Below are positions 49,452 to 63,554 of a stretch of 64,000 nucleotides of DNA, piece by piece. The notes under the pieces are model-generated. The model was not told the origin of the DNA. It saw nothing but the letters and a program-made list of their open reading frames with translations, and ran no database searches. The position numbers were made by a program, and so were the translations under genes. The first letter of the stretch is position 1, and the number at the start of each line of letters is the position of its first letter. Origin of the DNA: Takakia lepidozioides (Eukaryota > Plantae > Bryophyta). The stretch covers positions 28,334,001-28,398,000 of the forward strand of contig CM060732.1 in NCBI GenBank assembly GCA_030704615.1. Reading direction: 5' to 3'.

Positions 49452-50693
49452 AAAGATGTTTTCTTGGCAAGATGCAAGTGTCTTGCTTCATTCATTGATC
49501 TATGTAGCTACTCAGACCATCCACCATTTCCTGAGAGTCTTGACCATCATATACTGCCAGAGAGGGCTGGAGGATCAGATGAGGGTTTGACAAATTCAAC
49601 ATCATGGATGCTCACCAAGTGTTCAACAAAATGCCTCAACATCTTTGATCACGTGGAATATAATGTTGGCAGGATTTACCAACCATGGTTGTGGTAGGAA
49701 TGCTCTGGAGACCTATGAGCAAATGCTGCGCGAAGGGGTGAAGCCACATCATATTTGTTTGTGTTTGCAATGCGTGTGCAAGCCTGGGAGCTCTGGAAAA
49801 AGGGAAAGAGGTCCATGGTGACATCGTCAAAGCTGGAATTGTACCAGTTGTCATTCTGAACACTACCCTGGTGGACATGTATGCAAAATGTGGGTGCATT
49901 AAGGATGCAAAGGGAGTTTTCAAGGATTTACCAATCATGGGTGTGGTAGGAATGCTTTGGAGACCTATGAGCAAATGTTGTGCGAAGGGGTGAAGCCCAA
50001 CCACATCACATTTGTTTGTGTTTGCAATGCGTGTGCAAGCCTGGGAGTTCTGGAAAAGCAGAGAGAGGTCCATGGTGACATCACCAAAGCTGGAATTGTA
50101 CCAGGTGTAATTCTGAACAATACCCTCGTGGACATGTATGCCAAATGTGGGAGCATTGAGGATGTAGAGGGAGTGTTCAACACTATGGCTGAACAAGATG
50201 TGGCACGGGTTGGAGTGGATACATCGTCACATGTAGCATAGGCTGTTTCTCTGGAGCGACGGATTGAACAGCACATCAAGTGTTTGACAAGATGGCTAAA
50301 CGAGATGTGGTCTCACGGAGCACAATAATGCGGATATGCCACAGCATGGAGTGGCAGGGAGGTGTTTGAGATATATGAGCAAATGATTCAAAAAGGTGTG
50401 ACACCCAACAAGGTCACATTTGTTTGCCTTCTCACCGCATGTGCCAATTTGGAATTGCACGAGATATCATTCTGGAGACAACCCTCCTTGACATGTATGC
50501 CAGATGCAGGATAATGAAGGATGTCCGTGAAGTGTTTGACAAAATGGACAAAATGGACATCACATTTGTGTGTGATTGCAATACTTGTGCAAGTTTGGCA
50601 GCCCTGGAAAAAGGGCAAAGAGGTGATCAAATGATGGGGGAAGGGGTGAAGCCCAACCACATCACGTTTGTGTGTGCATTTATGTGTTACTCT

Positions 50694-50736
<43 letters not shown>

Positions 50737-50770
50737 GGGGGGGGGAGGGGGGGGGGGAGGGGGGGGGGGG
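50694..50770. repeat. Poly-G tract
   Basis: About 75 bp of nearly pure G; may be an assembly artefact. Confidence 0.7.
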
Positions 50771-51099
50771 TGCGAAGGGGTGACATCCCCAACCACATCA
50801 CCCATTTGTGTCCTTGATGTCATTCTGAACAATGCCCTCGTGGAAATGTATGCCAAATGCGAAGGCAGTGTTCAACTATATCGCTGAATGAAATGTGGTG
50901 TGTGGATGCGAATGCGCATGCTTGCAGGGTATGCATAGCAGGGGCGTGGGATGGAGGCTTGGGAGACCTATGAGCAAATGATGGGGGAAGGGGTGAAGCC
51001 CGACCACATCACGTCTATGTGTTTACAAGCCTGGCAGCACTGGAAATGAGCGAAGGGGTGTATGGTTGCCATCGAAATAAAGCAGGAGTGGTGAGAAGA

Positions 51100-51360
51100 A
51101 GATGAAGGTAAGAGGGGTTAGAAAGGAGCCAGGTCGTCTGCTGCATTGAGATTTGCAACAGGGTGCACACCTTCGCTGTAGATGACAGGTTGCATCCAGA
51201 ATTAAGGAAATCCATGTGAACTAAGAAGAGGTGTCTGGGCAGCTGAAAGGAGGCGGCCCGGTGACACGTGCTTTGTATTTCATATGTGTGGGAAGGAGGA
51301 AAAGGAATTTTCTCTTTGCACCACAGTGAGAAGCTGGCCATTGGTTGGTGGCTCTGATCA
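51100..51360 (+). pseudogene. N-terminal half of a DYW domain (PG box to HSEKLA), frameshifted
   Basis: KEPG..IE..NRVHTFAVDDRLHPE...EEEKEFSLC(frameshift)HSEKLAIG; HSEKLA at 51322-51339. Confidence 0.82.
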
Positions 51361-53188
51361 GGTTTGTGGGGCGTTTGCAGTGCGTGTGCAAGCCTGGCAG
51401 CCCTGGAGAAAGGGCAAAGAGGTGCATGGTGTGCATGTTGCCAAAGCTGGAATTGTACCAGATGTGATTCTGAACAATACCCTCATGGACATGGATGCCA
51501 AATGGGGGAGCATTGAGGATGTGGAGGGAGTGTTCATGCTTGCATGATATGCCAGCAGGGTGGGTTTGGTGGGAGCCTTGGAGACCTATGAACAAATGAT
51601 GGGGGGGGAAAAAGGTGAATTGTGAACTACATACGTTAGTGTGCGTTGGCAATGCTTGTGCAAGCCTGGCAGCCCTGGAAAAGGGAAAGTGTGGGTCCAG
51701 ATTCAGCAGCAGCGGCACAATTCATAAAACCAGGCACTGCTAATGAAGGCACCTTCTTCAAAACATTTCACATGTTTCCCCTCTTATCGAAATCGTCCTT
51801 AAATTTTCATGTTGATTTCTGCAAGTTACTGGTTGAGTGAAGCTTTGATAGTTTGCAATGCGTTGCAAGCCTGGCAGCTCTGGAGAAGGGCAAAGAGGTC
51901 CATGGCGACATTGTCAGAGCTGCAATTGTACCACATGTCATTCTGAACAATACCCCGTGGTTGGACATGTATGAAGGGAACAGTATGGCTGAACGAGATG
52001 TGTGTGTGTGAACTCGATGCTTGCAGGGTATGCAACAGCAGGGGCACTAGATGGAGGCTTTGGCACTAGATGTTGTGTTTGGCACACTATGTAAGCCCAG
52101 TAAGTAAGACCAGGGAGTCGTTGAGCAGCTCAGTCTTCTACCCTCTAGTTCTAGTGCCAACAAACTCTGATGTGGATTCATGCCAAGAAAGGTCTAGAAG
52201 TTGGAAAGCAGGTGCACACTCACAAGCATCGCAGGGTATGCACAATAGGGACGTGGGATGGTGGATTTGGAGACCTATGATCAAAATTATGGGGGAAGGG
52301 GTGAAGCCAAACCACATCATGTTTTTGTGTGATTGCAATGCTTGTGCAAGCCTGGCAGCCCTGGAAAAGGTCAAAAGAGGCCTATGGTGACATTGTCAAA
52401 GCTGGAATTGTACCAGATGTCATTCTGAAACTCTGCCCGTTGGACATGTATGCCCAATGTGGGGCATTGAGGATGCAAAGCAAGGAACTTATGTGTACTC
52501 TGTTTATGTACTTGGTGTGGCAGGGAGGTTTTGGAGATTGTAAATAGGTGATGCCTGGTAGGTGAACCTCATGGTATTTCTGATGCATGTGCCAGTCTTT
52601 GAGCACTGAAAAAGTGCAGATGGATCTGTATGTATTTGTAAGCCTATATGTTCTGATGTGAGGTTCTCTGGTTTTATGACAGGAACAAAACAATTGTGAG
52701 CAGGAAGTGAAGGGCCATCTCCTATTGGGAATTCCTCAATCAGCATAGTGGCCTGAACTCAAAAACAATGGACTAAACCTTTCGTCTTCACTAGGTGTTG
52801 CTGTGCTAAAAATATCTAAACGATTTGTGAGTAGGGTCCCTAATCGAATGCATGCTTCTAGGTACAAGGTGAAGGAATATATTATACGTTACATCGCAAC
52901 TTTGCACCTAACTTCCCAGCAAAGCGGTGTAGCAGTCAACCTCGGTCTGAGAGAGAAAGCACAACAGTTCTATATAGATTACGTGATTAATTTAAAGTCG
53001 CATATTAAGGTTTAATTCTCCTAAAAAACCCACCGATATTTTATACTTTCATCTGCCCCTGCCTCTCTCTCTCTCTCTCTCTCTTCCCTCTGCACCATAC
53101 AAATCAAACAACCATGTCACGTCGGAAATAGCCGACACACAATAGACACTATAACGGACCAACAAATCCAGGAAATACCCCACCAAGC

Positions 53189-53774
53189 ATGACAAATGTA
53201 ATATACGACAGTTTCATGTCCAATGAACATCATGCCCTAAAGGTGGGGAACACATGGAAGCGCTTGCCCTACAGCACAAACTTCCACAGTGCCTTGTGGA
53301 ACGTCCCTTCGGACCGTGAAGAAATAGCAATATTCGTAGGTATTGCAAAATTCCCCTACATTGCCAAAACCGGGAAAATTAATTACGATTCGTGACTTTC
53401 GCCGAAGAAACTAAAGACGCAAAATTCACAATATTGATAGAAGACCAGCCATTCTGTTCGACTACGCAAATACAATACAGAATGGTTCGATAAAGGTAGA
53501 GAGGCGATGACATGACAAAACGTCAAAAAACAAACAATGACGAGATGTACAATACAATAGAAGTCCTTAACGAAAATGGCCAAAAATGGATGGAGAATCC
53601 GTACGTTCAGGGGATCTCGTTGCAGTCAAGTGTAACATCCGATATTGGATGAATTTACGTCACAAGAAACACGGGCTTTCATTCCAACTAAAAGGGGTCA
53701 ATCTGTTGGCCAAAGCACGAGAGGAGATAGAGTCGAATCGAATGACGAACCGGAGCAAAAAACATAGAGCTTAA
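53189..53774 (+). pseudogene. Decayed ORF resembling a phage/viral OB-fold ssDNA-binding protein (T7 gp2.5/DUF2815-like)
   Basis: Across frameshifts: AKFTILIE ... IEVLNENGQK/MDGESVRSGDLVAVKCNIRYW...HGLSFQLKGVNLL. Confidence 0.4.
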
Positions 53775-54499
53775 TTAGATAACATCTAATCGTTCATGTA
53801 AGGGCCACCATATTTTAGAAAGACCATCATCCTTCTCCTCTTCAAAAAGTCTATTTTGTCCCAAGCATGCTCACAACAGATAATAAAAAAAATACTGATT
53901 TATCATAGTCCAATCTACTTGTTGTTGTACAAGACGCCCATGGAAAAACCCTCCAACTCCCTACCCCCCCCACCCAATCGGAACTGCGTGACCGACATTT
54001 TGGCAGGCTGCATGATCCGTACTCTCTCTCATGATCCTTGAGTATGGCCCATCCGTCCGGACGTCCTTCTCAGAAGAAGTCGTCGCTAGTAGTGCGAGCA
54101 ACGCGAAGCCCTAGTTTTAGATGGGGCATGCGGGGTCCACCTTAGATCTGGTAGGTTTTGTCATATGTGTGGAGGGGACGAGCAGCAATAGGCCAGTGCA
54201 GCAGCAGCCCCCCCACATTGTAGCCCTGGTTAAGTGCCCACATACCACCTCAAAAGCGGTTGTGGGTTCAATCCAAGGCGTGGTGTTCAAGTTGGTGCCG
54301 GACCATAATTTACACCTCCCAAAGGAGGCGTCTTGATATATAATTAGGCCAGATCCCACACATCCATGCTATAGTGATCTATCCTTGAGGCATAATACTA
54401 TTCTTATCATGTTTTAAGAATTTTATTTTTTAATTAATAAAAGGCGTTGGCCAATTACTTTATTGAAGGTAAACCCTGAAAGATGCCATAAGGCAAAGC

Positions 54500-55480
54500 C
54501 GACCAAGTCAGTCTAATCCGGGGAAATTGAGGCATAAAGTAGTGGCTACGGAGGCCACATAGGAACGCGCGAAAATGAGAGAGAAGATGAAAGCAGGAAG
54601 AGTGGAGGATTTGGGTTGGGGTTAGACAATCTTAGGAAGAAGAGCCATATATTGGCATTGGAGGTAAGGAAATGAGATAATCTTGGGCCTGCAAGCTGTA
54701 ACCTTTCGCTGTTATGGGGTCACTCCCCGATCAGGGAGACAAGGGACATCATATCTCCAATGGGTGGAACTTTTGCGAGCTAAACGCCAAAGCCTTGGAA
54801 CAGGCGTCTTCAAACAACATAGCAAAGAAACCCCTTCCGATGACTTGACAGAAAAATTATTTGAGTTGGCCTCCCCAACCCAACTTAATGCTCAATAATC
54901 CACTCCCACACCCAGCTCTTATAATTTAGTGGCCAGAAAATTGGCTCCTCGACATATAGCACCCTTGCAGCTTCAGGCCATAAAAAGACCTTACTATTAG
55001 AGGGGTCGGGAGAGGAATCCAAGCCGCGAGAGGCGGGGCCTCGGCCCAATAGAGAAGGCAAAACAGATGACAAGGGGCCTTGGAATGATCCAGTATCTTT
55101 AAGTTAGAGGAACGTTGAGAGTTCCAACTCCTACCTCTTCCCTCATATAAACCCTTGAAAGGACCCTCTTCTTCCATGACGACCATAACCCATTTCATAT
55201 AGAAGTTAGCCATGCCAAGGGAGTCAAAGAAAGGAAATGCCAACGAATCGGACCAGGAAAAAGATAGTCAGAGAGAACCCAAAAGGAATTAAAAACACAA
55301 TGTAAGCCAAAACTCTAAGCATACAACAAAAAAAAAAACATTAGTTGGATTGTAGAGGGACCACAACGTCCCAACACCAGATATCGGGAATGCTCGAATT
55401 AAGAAGGTCAACAAAACCTTCAAAAACCTTTGCAGATGCGAAGTATTAAAGATGAGAAACCAGGGGATCAAAGAAGGGCT
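54500..55480 (-). mobile_element. Highly degraded LINE reverse-transcriptase remnant
   Basis: Fragmentary IRWHFL..LG..YMKWV and QGPLS motifs across frameshifts. Confidence 0.4.
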
Positions 55481-58400
55481 TCTAGGAAATTGAGGCGATG
55501 ATCAATTGATGAAAGCCACGGAGCCGCATGAGCAAATACACTCATAACCGGCTAATGTTGCATCTCGATAGCGTGATTGGCCGAGAGCAGCCCGTTTATT
55601 CACGGTAACTATGATCTTCTCCTTATTTATGACCTACTGAGCCTAACAAGTAGGTAGAAAGTTGCGTCCTCATAAGTCTATGAATTCTCGGAACCCGTCT
55701 CCTCTCCATAACCTCTAGCCTCTCCGCGATGATGAACAACATGATGCTATGCTCAACATGAGATTGAATACTCAATACCCACTTCCATTCCTACCACGAC
55801 CCAACTCATCTCTCATTGCAATCCTGCATAATTGTTGTGAATCGGATTGACCATCGCTCACATCGCAAACAAGAGCGTTGCGCCAAAACTTAAATCGCTC
55901 ATATTAATTAGCAGCGGTTGGGCGGCAAACACGAAGGTAAAAACGGGTAGGTACCTGCACTGACCTTCTATAGCCGTTGCCCGACATGTCCACATAGCCG
56001 GCTCCGTCTTACCGGCTACGTAGTCCATAATGCTCAAAACGGTCCAAGAATAGCTTTAGATTAACAGAAAAAACATCTACTCAAATGGGGACACAACCTA
56101 GAGAAAAGAGAGGGAAAGGAGCGTTAGCGCTAAAGCTTAGTCACCAATAGTGCGACACATACACAAGGGAATCAGCCATAATCAGGCCAAAGAAAAGCTT
56201 TAATCCCTTAGCAAAGAAAGATCCCTAAATTAGACAATCAAGGGATCAAGGGATGGAGAAATGAACATATATCAAAGCTTGTATCACAGCTAGAAATTAG
56301 AGAAAACGATTAAACTGCAGAAGATGGCAGACACCCATACCAAAACCCCTACAACGACCGACATCACGAGCAAACTCAGCCTAATAGGAACCTATAGCTG
56401 CGGCTAGGTCCTAACAACACACACCGCAAAATGCGGAGCTACATCACCCTCCTTAAATTCCTTGAACTTAAAAAATGTCACCCTAATTTTTATTCTCAAG
56501 GGAGATTTCTTGGATGTAAAATCCATACTATGGTTAGATGTTTCCACACACATCCACTTACTGACATGTGGGAATTCTGTCCATTTTGAGGCCATTTCTA
56601 GGGTCAGATTGGGCCTACCCTAGGTTGGGGCCACTTGTTTGGCCCACGCCCTTCTTTTACATCATTGGAAAGTCCATTGCCCCAGGAGTCACTTCCCGAG
56701 AGCAAACCCCCGACTCACCCACGCAGAAACCAATGTTCTAAACAAAATTCGGAATTTGGACATACCAGACTGATATAGAAGTATGGACTAAATTGGAGAC
56801 ATGGTGGCAGTAAGGTGTTCCATTAATTTCATAATTTTAGATAGTGGACTGGTATAAATAAAAGAAATTGAGAATTGTTGTTGATCTGGTATAAACATAT
56901 GAGTTAGTGTTTGGGTGATACCATGGTACATATATCCGGGTCTGGTATTAGATAAGACACAAGCAAACCTTAAGGTAATAAGAGCATTGTTGTAACAAAA
57001 CTCCCGAATAGATACTAGTTCACATCAAAGAAGTCTTTTTGTAGTAACAAAAAAATAAAATTGTAAGCGTCTCTAGAACGATGGAGTGATTGCAAAAATT
57101 GATTCGGTGTTAGATGGAATCAATCACATTAGCAGGCACTACACTAAAAATTGAAGGAGCACCGCTGCAGCTATGGTATATGACAACAAACACTACTAGG
57201 GACCTTGCTCTCACGTGATGGGAAACACTGGTATTTACGAGGCAGAACAAAAATGAATACCAAAATGGGGGATTATTCAGCTTACTGTGTTGTCCCTATT
57301 TCATTAATATACCTATGGTTCGTATTATTTTTTTTTTTTCGGGGCCCGCGCCTGCAGAGCCCAACACTTATTAACTAGTAAGTGGTAACTTAGTAAGTAC
57401 TAGGGGCTCTCGTTTATATACCCTCTCAAGGCGGTGGGACCCTTCTAGAAGGTTGCCATGTGACACGTGAGCCCTAGAAACCCCTAGCATGCCACACCTT
57501 CTTACCCAATTTGCAGCCTGAAATTAAATAGCTGTCGGCTTCGTGCCTTCTTTTTTCTTACCCTCCTTACACGACGGTTACTAATTCAAGTTGTGGTGTA
57601 GCTTACTATATCACCCGCTTTTTATTTTTATCCTGGATCCACTCTCTATCCTCACACCCCCCTCCCCCCCCCCTTTTTCAAACCTGGGCCCTTAATCGTT
57701 TGGTAAAAGTCAGGTATTATTTTAGGATTTATTGGGGAAACTTGTTCATAACCATGGTATTTATCTTGGGTGAATAGACATACATAGTATGCATATATAA
57801 CCATAAGAATGATGAAACCTGTAAGATTTATTTAAACACATGTACAATGGGCGATTGTACAGAAGATGAGAAGTTCCCAAAAAGGATAAGAATGCTTTTT
57901 GTTGGATTCTGTGTGTAGAGAGAGACTTTGTCACAACACAATGTGAAAGTCAATGTGTGTGATGAGAATGGGTACAAGGTCACCGGCGTTCCAGCTCCAG
58001 GTGTCCCTGCTTGCTGTCCCCGATTGTGTTGTGTGTGCTGTTTGTGTCTTGTTCGGGTTTGTCCTCCCTACTGTCCTGTTTCGTTTGTGTTGCCAAAGCA
58101 AGAGAGCCCATCGCCGTTTTAGGCTTGTTTCGCTTGAGTTCCTCTTGGATGGCAGGCCCGGGAGAATGTAGTAGCATACACATAGTCGGCGACAGGATTT
58201 GAGCCCACAGTCACCTACTGACAGTGAGTCGTGAGTTGTTATAATGCTGATCAAATATTTTATTATTCAAGGAACCTGGATTGAGATCTGATAGAGGACA
58301 TGGGGTGGAGAAGGATGATAGACGAGGTGCCGGAGCGAGCGAGACGTTGAGTGAAGAGAGACAAGGATAGGCAAGAGATAGTAGTGGAGGGTGTGGGTTA

Positions 58401-59677
58401 TCGTGCATCGCAGGCAGGTAACATAAGCAGGGGTCAAGATGAGCGGGCCGGATGTGCTGTTTCAGCTGCGGAACAAATAACTTGGGCGGTATCTTATCAG
58501 AGCGATCAATGAGAGCCATGTGGGAAATCTTTCAGAGGCGGAGAGTGTGGAGAGGGATTGCATGGTTCACCGGTCGTATATTGCACAAGGCCAGTATCAG
58601 GTGTGCCTGAAGCTGTGTAATAACTCAACTTTTCCCCCCTCTCCACTTTCAGGGTGAGAGTTGTGTGGGCAGTAGTGCTACGGGGTCCTGGATGCATCTT
58701 TGGTCGGTGAATATGGTTAATCGTAGCGCGATCTTCGAGAGGTGGTCATATCTTGCGGCGAATCGAGGCATTGCAGTTCACTTTTGGCTGGAATTTTTAT
58801 CTGGCACTTTTGACATTCGTCGTCGATTGTCTCTTGAAGAACCAATCGATTCAAGGCAATGAGGATCGGCCACTAGTGTCAACCAATCTCTGGTTTCTTA
58901 GGCTCATTGTTGAATGGAAGCTGGGTCTTAGCAACGGCTGCAAGATGGAGCCTATGAAGATTAAGTTGTGGGTCGCGGTATAGAGCTATACACTGCCGTA
59001 GTTATTGGCCCCAAACAACATAACCGCATATCTAAATTATTAGATCGATCGTGACATGGAACTGCATTTGCAGTTGTCTCTTTTGATCAAATCTCAACAT
59101 CTGTGTCAGATAAACTTTCGTTCGCTTGTGCCAAACTTTTTGTCTGAATATTCTCTTTCGAACATAGATTTGGCTTAAAAACAATATCACATTCTATCTC
59201 AACCCCGGAAAAGATCTCCGTAACCATAATCGACCATCTCTCATCGTATCTGAGCGTACTTCTGTCATAAAAAAAAAGATACGATTTATCCGGCCCTTTA
59301 TATACAACATATTTGTATTAGTGAGATATCCGAAGGTTGTGGTAGTACCAGAGTTGGTGATGGAGGACAGAGCCTTCTGGCAGCTGCATTCAAGGGAAAG
59401 GGTGGTTTGGAGTATTTGTCCACGGTGACCACGTATTTCTTATTTTCCTTTTTCAGTGTCTAGCTTGACTGCTCTGTATTTTGGCATGCCACAACTGGTC
59501 AAGTCTGTGTGAGTCTTGATCTCACAGATATTATTCAGCATGTAAACCTGAATTGGCCTTCTAATGTGCCTACTATGCCAAAAGCATGCGGAAGTGCAAA
59601 AAAGTGAGGGATCATTGGAGAAATGAGAGTTTGAGGCGAGTGTGATGCGCAATCCGTTTGGTTGGTGTGGAGTACAG

Positions 59678-62248
59678 CTGGTTATAAATGAAATCAAGGA
59701 AGATGAACCTACTGCGTTCAAGTAGGTGAGACTCCTGGCGCTGTATTTCTCAGGAGGCAACTGCAAGGTACAAGTGGTCTCAACACCAGACATTCTAACC
59801 ACCCCCTGGGTCAATCTTGCTTGCCTGCTGCCTTACAATTGGATGGGGAATCTATGGCTCCAAAGCCGCTGGGTTAATGCCCTGGATTTGTTTCTATCAC
59901 GGTAGCTCATGTGAAATGACCAACAGTGCTTCAGTGGTCAGAAATAAAAGCTACCTTCCACTCAGGTGTAGCTGGGCGCTGACCAGGGCATGCCATCATG
60001 TCTTGAAGACTTGGAGTGATGTTCAGTTGGCAGAGCTCCTGAACGTGGAAGTCTGCAGGAGGTCTAAGATGTTGAGAAATAGCAGTCAAAAGCTAACCTG
60101 TTATCACCGTGTTTGGCCACTTGTATCCGAAGAATTCAGAGATGCAAGGTATAAAGTTGCAGTTGATTCATAGTGTAATATGCTCTTTTTGAGGTTTAGT
60201 AGATTAAGTCAGGAAGTTGATGAGTCATGTCCCTCTCTTGGTTGCAGGAGGAGGCATTGGCCAGCCTGGTTGAATGGTTAGCAGATCCAGCTATTGCAAG
60301 CAATCCTATGCTGCTGCTGACTGCTGGCATCATCTATTCCCATGAGCAAAATTACAATGAAGCTCTCAAGCATACACATGTCGGGGGGACTCTTGACTTG
60401 TGAGTAATCTGTCATGAACCCAGGGTTTGTCAAATAATATCTGTTGGTGCTGTAGGGATGAGGGTTTGGGTTTTGGTACAGTGGGCCACACTATGATGGC
60501 CAACTGGCTCTAAACAGGATATGTTGTTCTTTATGAGGTGTGGCTGGTTGGGTTGGTTTCATAGGATAAGGGATGCCCTCTGCTTAATCACTGCTGCTAT
60601 TCTTTGTCAGCTGGGCATCACAGGTTGGCAAAGGGCATTTTGATGTGTTAACAGTCTTGGAAAAGATTTATTATGGTGTTGATACAAGAATTGAATAGAA
60701 AATTTGGCCTAAGTGCATCTTCACGGAGAATTCAATTTCACTGAGTCCATGTTGGAGACAGCGGGGCAGTGTCCTCCGTCGGGTCTTCTGTTACGAAACT
60801 TATTTGTCAGCCAGCAGATGCCTGTACACCATTTCATAAGTCCTGGGACACTAACATTAAAAAATTCTAATAATAATTCTAAAGATTCTAATCCATCAGT
60901 GGGAGTGGACTGAAGCTCCAATGGGAACGTGTCCTGCATATTGGTCCTTTTGTCTTGTTGTAACGCATGCATCTTGCAAGATCATTTCTGAAAATTGAAT
61001 TGTCAAAATGGTGGTAGGGGTGCACTTAATGTGCAGATCTACTTGAAACTCAATCGTTCGGATTACGCAGACAAGCAATTGAAGATCATGCAACAGATTG
61101 ATGAAGACCACACCCTCACTCAGCTAGCCAATGCTTGGGTGAATCTCTCTGTGGTATGTTCAGCTCTGCTTTCAAGGTCTAAATGGGTTTGGGCCTTCGC
61201 AATGAAAGCATTTAATCTGCTTGTAAGATGATGTCAGTTCAAGCACTCAAGGATGGGTGATTTACCAGCTTATGAGACTTCGCTCAATTCAGTGGTATTT
61301 CTTGCCTTTTGGCAGGGTGGTGCCAAGATACTAGAGGCGTCCTACATTTTCCAGGAGCTCTGTGAGAAGTACACATCGACAGCAATGCTCCTAAATGGCA
61401 GTGCAGTGTGCCAAATGCACATGGGCCACTTTGAAGTGGCTGAAACCCGTCTTCTTGAGGCACTGAGCAAGGTATGATAGATAAGATTCGGTGATTCGAT
61501 CATCAGCTTATGTATCAGGTCCTTGAAAAAAAAGAAATTGTTATGGCCAAACTACCATTAACCAGCAAAAACGTCCCATCTAAATCTTGGACATCAGCAG
61601 AAATTGTAAATGGATGTGGCCCCGTCCTAGATGCCATTGTTTCTGCCTTGATTTGTAAAGGAGGTAAAGCTTTGGACAAACTTAGAGGAGATCTCTTTCC
61701 ATGTCCCTTCTTGTTAATACAAAACTTCCCTGCAGGATTCTAAGGATGCGAACACCCTTGCAAATTTGATAGTGTGTAATCTCCACTTGGGCAAACCGAC
61801 TACTCGATACATGAGGTGTGGAATATGTGCCTCAACCCTTCTGTTAGTCTCCCTTGGTAGTGCTCACAGAATGTACAGTTGTCACAATGTTTTGCACTTC
61901 CACCTCCCAGTAGTAGATATCAAGCCTTTGACAGAAGAACTGTCTCTTAATCTTGTTTCTGAAGATTATCATGGTCATGGCAATGTCAAGCTGATAGCAG
62001 CTTACCTTTTGTGAATGTCCTTTCCATGGGATATTGATGTGGTAGTGCAATGTGTTGATAACCTGTCCGCTTCTATGTATTTGCTTTGAATTACAAGCTA
62101 TATAGGTTAGTTCTCAATGTCCAAATTATTGCTTAATCTCTGTTGTGGTGACAGTCAATTGAAGATCTCGCATCCTGATCATGGTTTAATCCAACGCGCT
62201 GTTAATGATGAGGCGGCATTTGAGAGAGCTCTCCAAAGTATCACTTGA
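59678..62248 (+). CDS. COPE: Coatomer subunit epsilon (exon 1 degraded near 58860-59000; in-frame stop at 59723-59725)
   Basis: LVINEI...VRLLALYF | [11 protein letters not shown]...[13 protein letters not shown] | [32 protein letters not shown] | YIFQEL.EKY | [11 protein letters not shown] | [13 protein letters not shown]. Confidence 0.88.
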
Positions 62249-63554
62249 CTTGGTACTCAGCAAAAGCTTCATCATGTTGGCACTAACTGGTATTAGTAAA
62301 GCAGACAGCCTGCCCTCCAGTCACTCAGAAATTCTGTATGACATGGTTATTGTGGCTGTTGGCAATGCGTTTAGGTTAGTAGAGTTTCTCTATGGATGAT
62401 TTTTGTCAATTGCTGGTACCTAGCCAGTACACTTCAACACCTCCCTACCATCTTTCTTCGATGCCCGAGGCCTGGGCCACTTGTTAGGGTCAAGGCCAGC
62501 TCGATGCTATGGGCTCTGTCAGACAGATTACATCTTTAATTTTTTGTTATGTTGTCTGAATTTGATCTATTGTATACCGATCATTGGATTTGATTGTAGT
62601 GTATAGACAGTCGAAAGAAAGCACTTCCGATTCAGGCATGTCTTTCAAAGCTTAATTTTCACACTAATGAACACTGCTTTTCTTTAGATTCCACAGGATG
62701 GCACAATTCTTCAAGGAACATTGTTTGATGGCATACTATTGAGGGACGCACCTGGACATCACCAGATAGAGATAGAGATTGAACAGGCTCTTCAAACTGT
62801 GATTTGTGTCTATACTCTTGTAATGTAATGCTGATGATCAAGAGCTCGTCTACCATCTACTCACTTTCTGGTTTATGCGCTATCAGAAGAAGGCCATTGA
62901 CTGGGTTTTTTCAGACTCTGGAAGAAATGCATTGCAGATGCTTGGTACAAGTCGCCAAACATGCTGGCTTGGGGGTGACTGTCACATTAATGTTACTAGA
63001 GATCTAGTTGCTCTCTTGAGAAATACATGGGGTATACGACATCACTGTGGGAATTGAAAATTGCAGTACAAGGAATGTCTCATTCTGGGAACCCTACCTC
63101 AAACAGAAAGGCTCTTGATCCAAAGAGCAGACAGGGGTAGTAGCTGAGCCAAGCTGGAGGCTCAAAAAACACATTCTTGGTTGTGATTCTCTTTCCTTCC
63201 GCGCTGCCATTCGCAATCCACGTACTCCAAATGCGATGCCGCAACCGAGATTACCACAGACATTGAATGTACCACGTATTATCAGGAGAGTTCATGGATG
63301 AACTGGATGATTAACATACCTTCATGTACCGCACCCAGCCCACTGAGGATGTAAATGAGGTATGCATGGATGAAGTTTCTGCTGTCTCAGCACTCGACAG
63401 AAAGAAGGAAAGAACCAAGGGAGCTTGGCTTGTGAGCAGACTGTGTTTAGTGCAGGATCTTGGTGTTGAGTGAAATTTGGATGCACAACACGCAATTGTG
63501 CATGAGAGTTGCAGGAGGTTAGAGCTGTGATCTTCACTGGGATCGTATTTCGCA

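Larger units (their letters stand above)
42700..52490 (+). pseudogene. Scrambled cluster of PLS-class (DYW) pentatricopeptide-repeat pseudogene fragments
   Basis: Dozens of partial P/L/S motifs (GVKPNHITFVCVCNACASLAALEKGKEVH; ILNNTLVDMYAKCG; DVVSWSAMLAGYAQQG) broken by stops and frameshifts; recurring N-terminal leader fragments; DYW pieces. Confidence 0.9.

Noticed and set aside
50672-50887. Poly-Gly/poly-Pro ORFs or a functional G-quadruplex
   Set aside because: They arise from a poly-G tract inside PPR debris, which could be a sequencing artefact.
49248-51360. U-to-C (DYW:KP) editing factor
   Set aside because: The PG box, HSEKLA and terminal DYW indicate the canonical C-to-U type, and the domain is fragmented.
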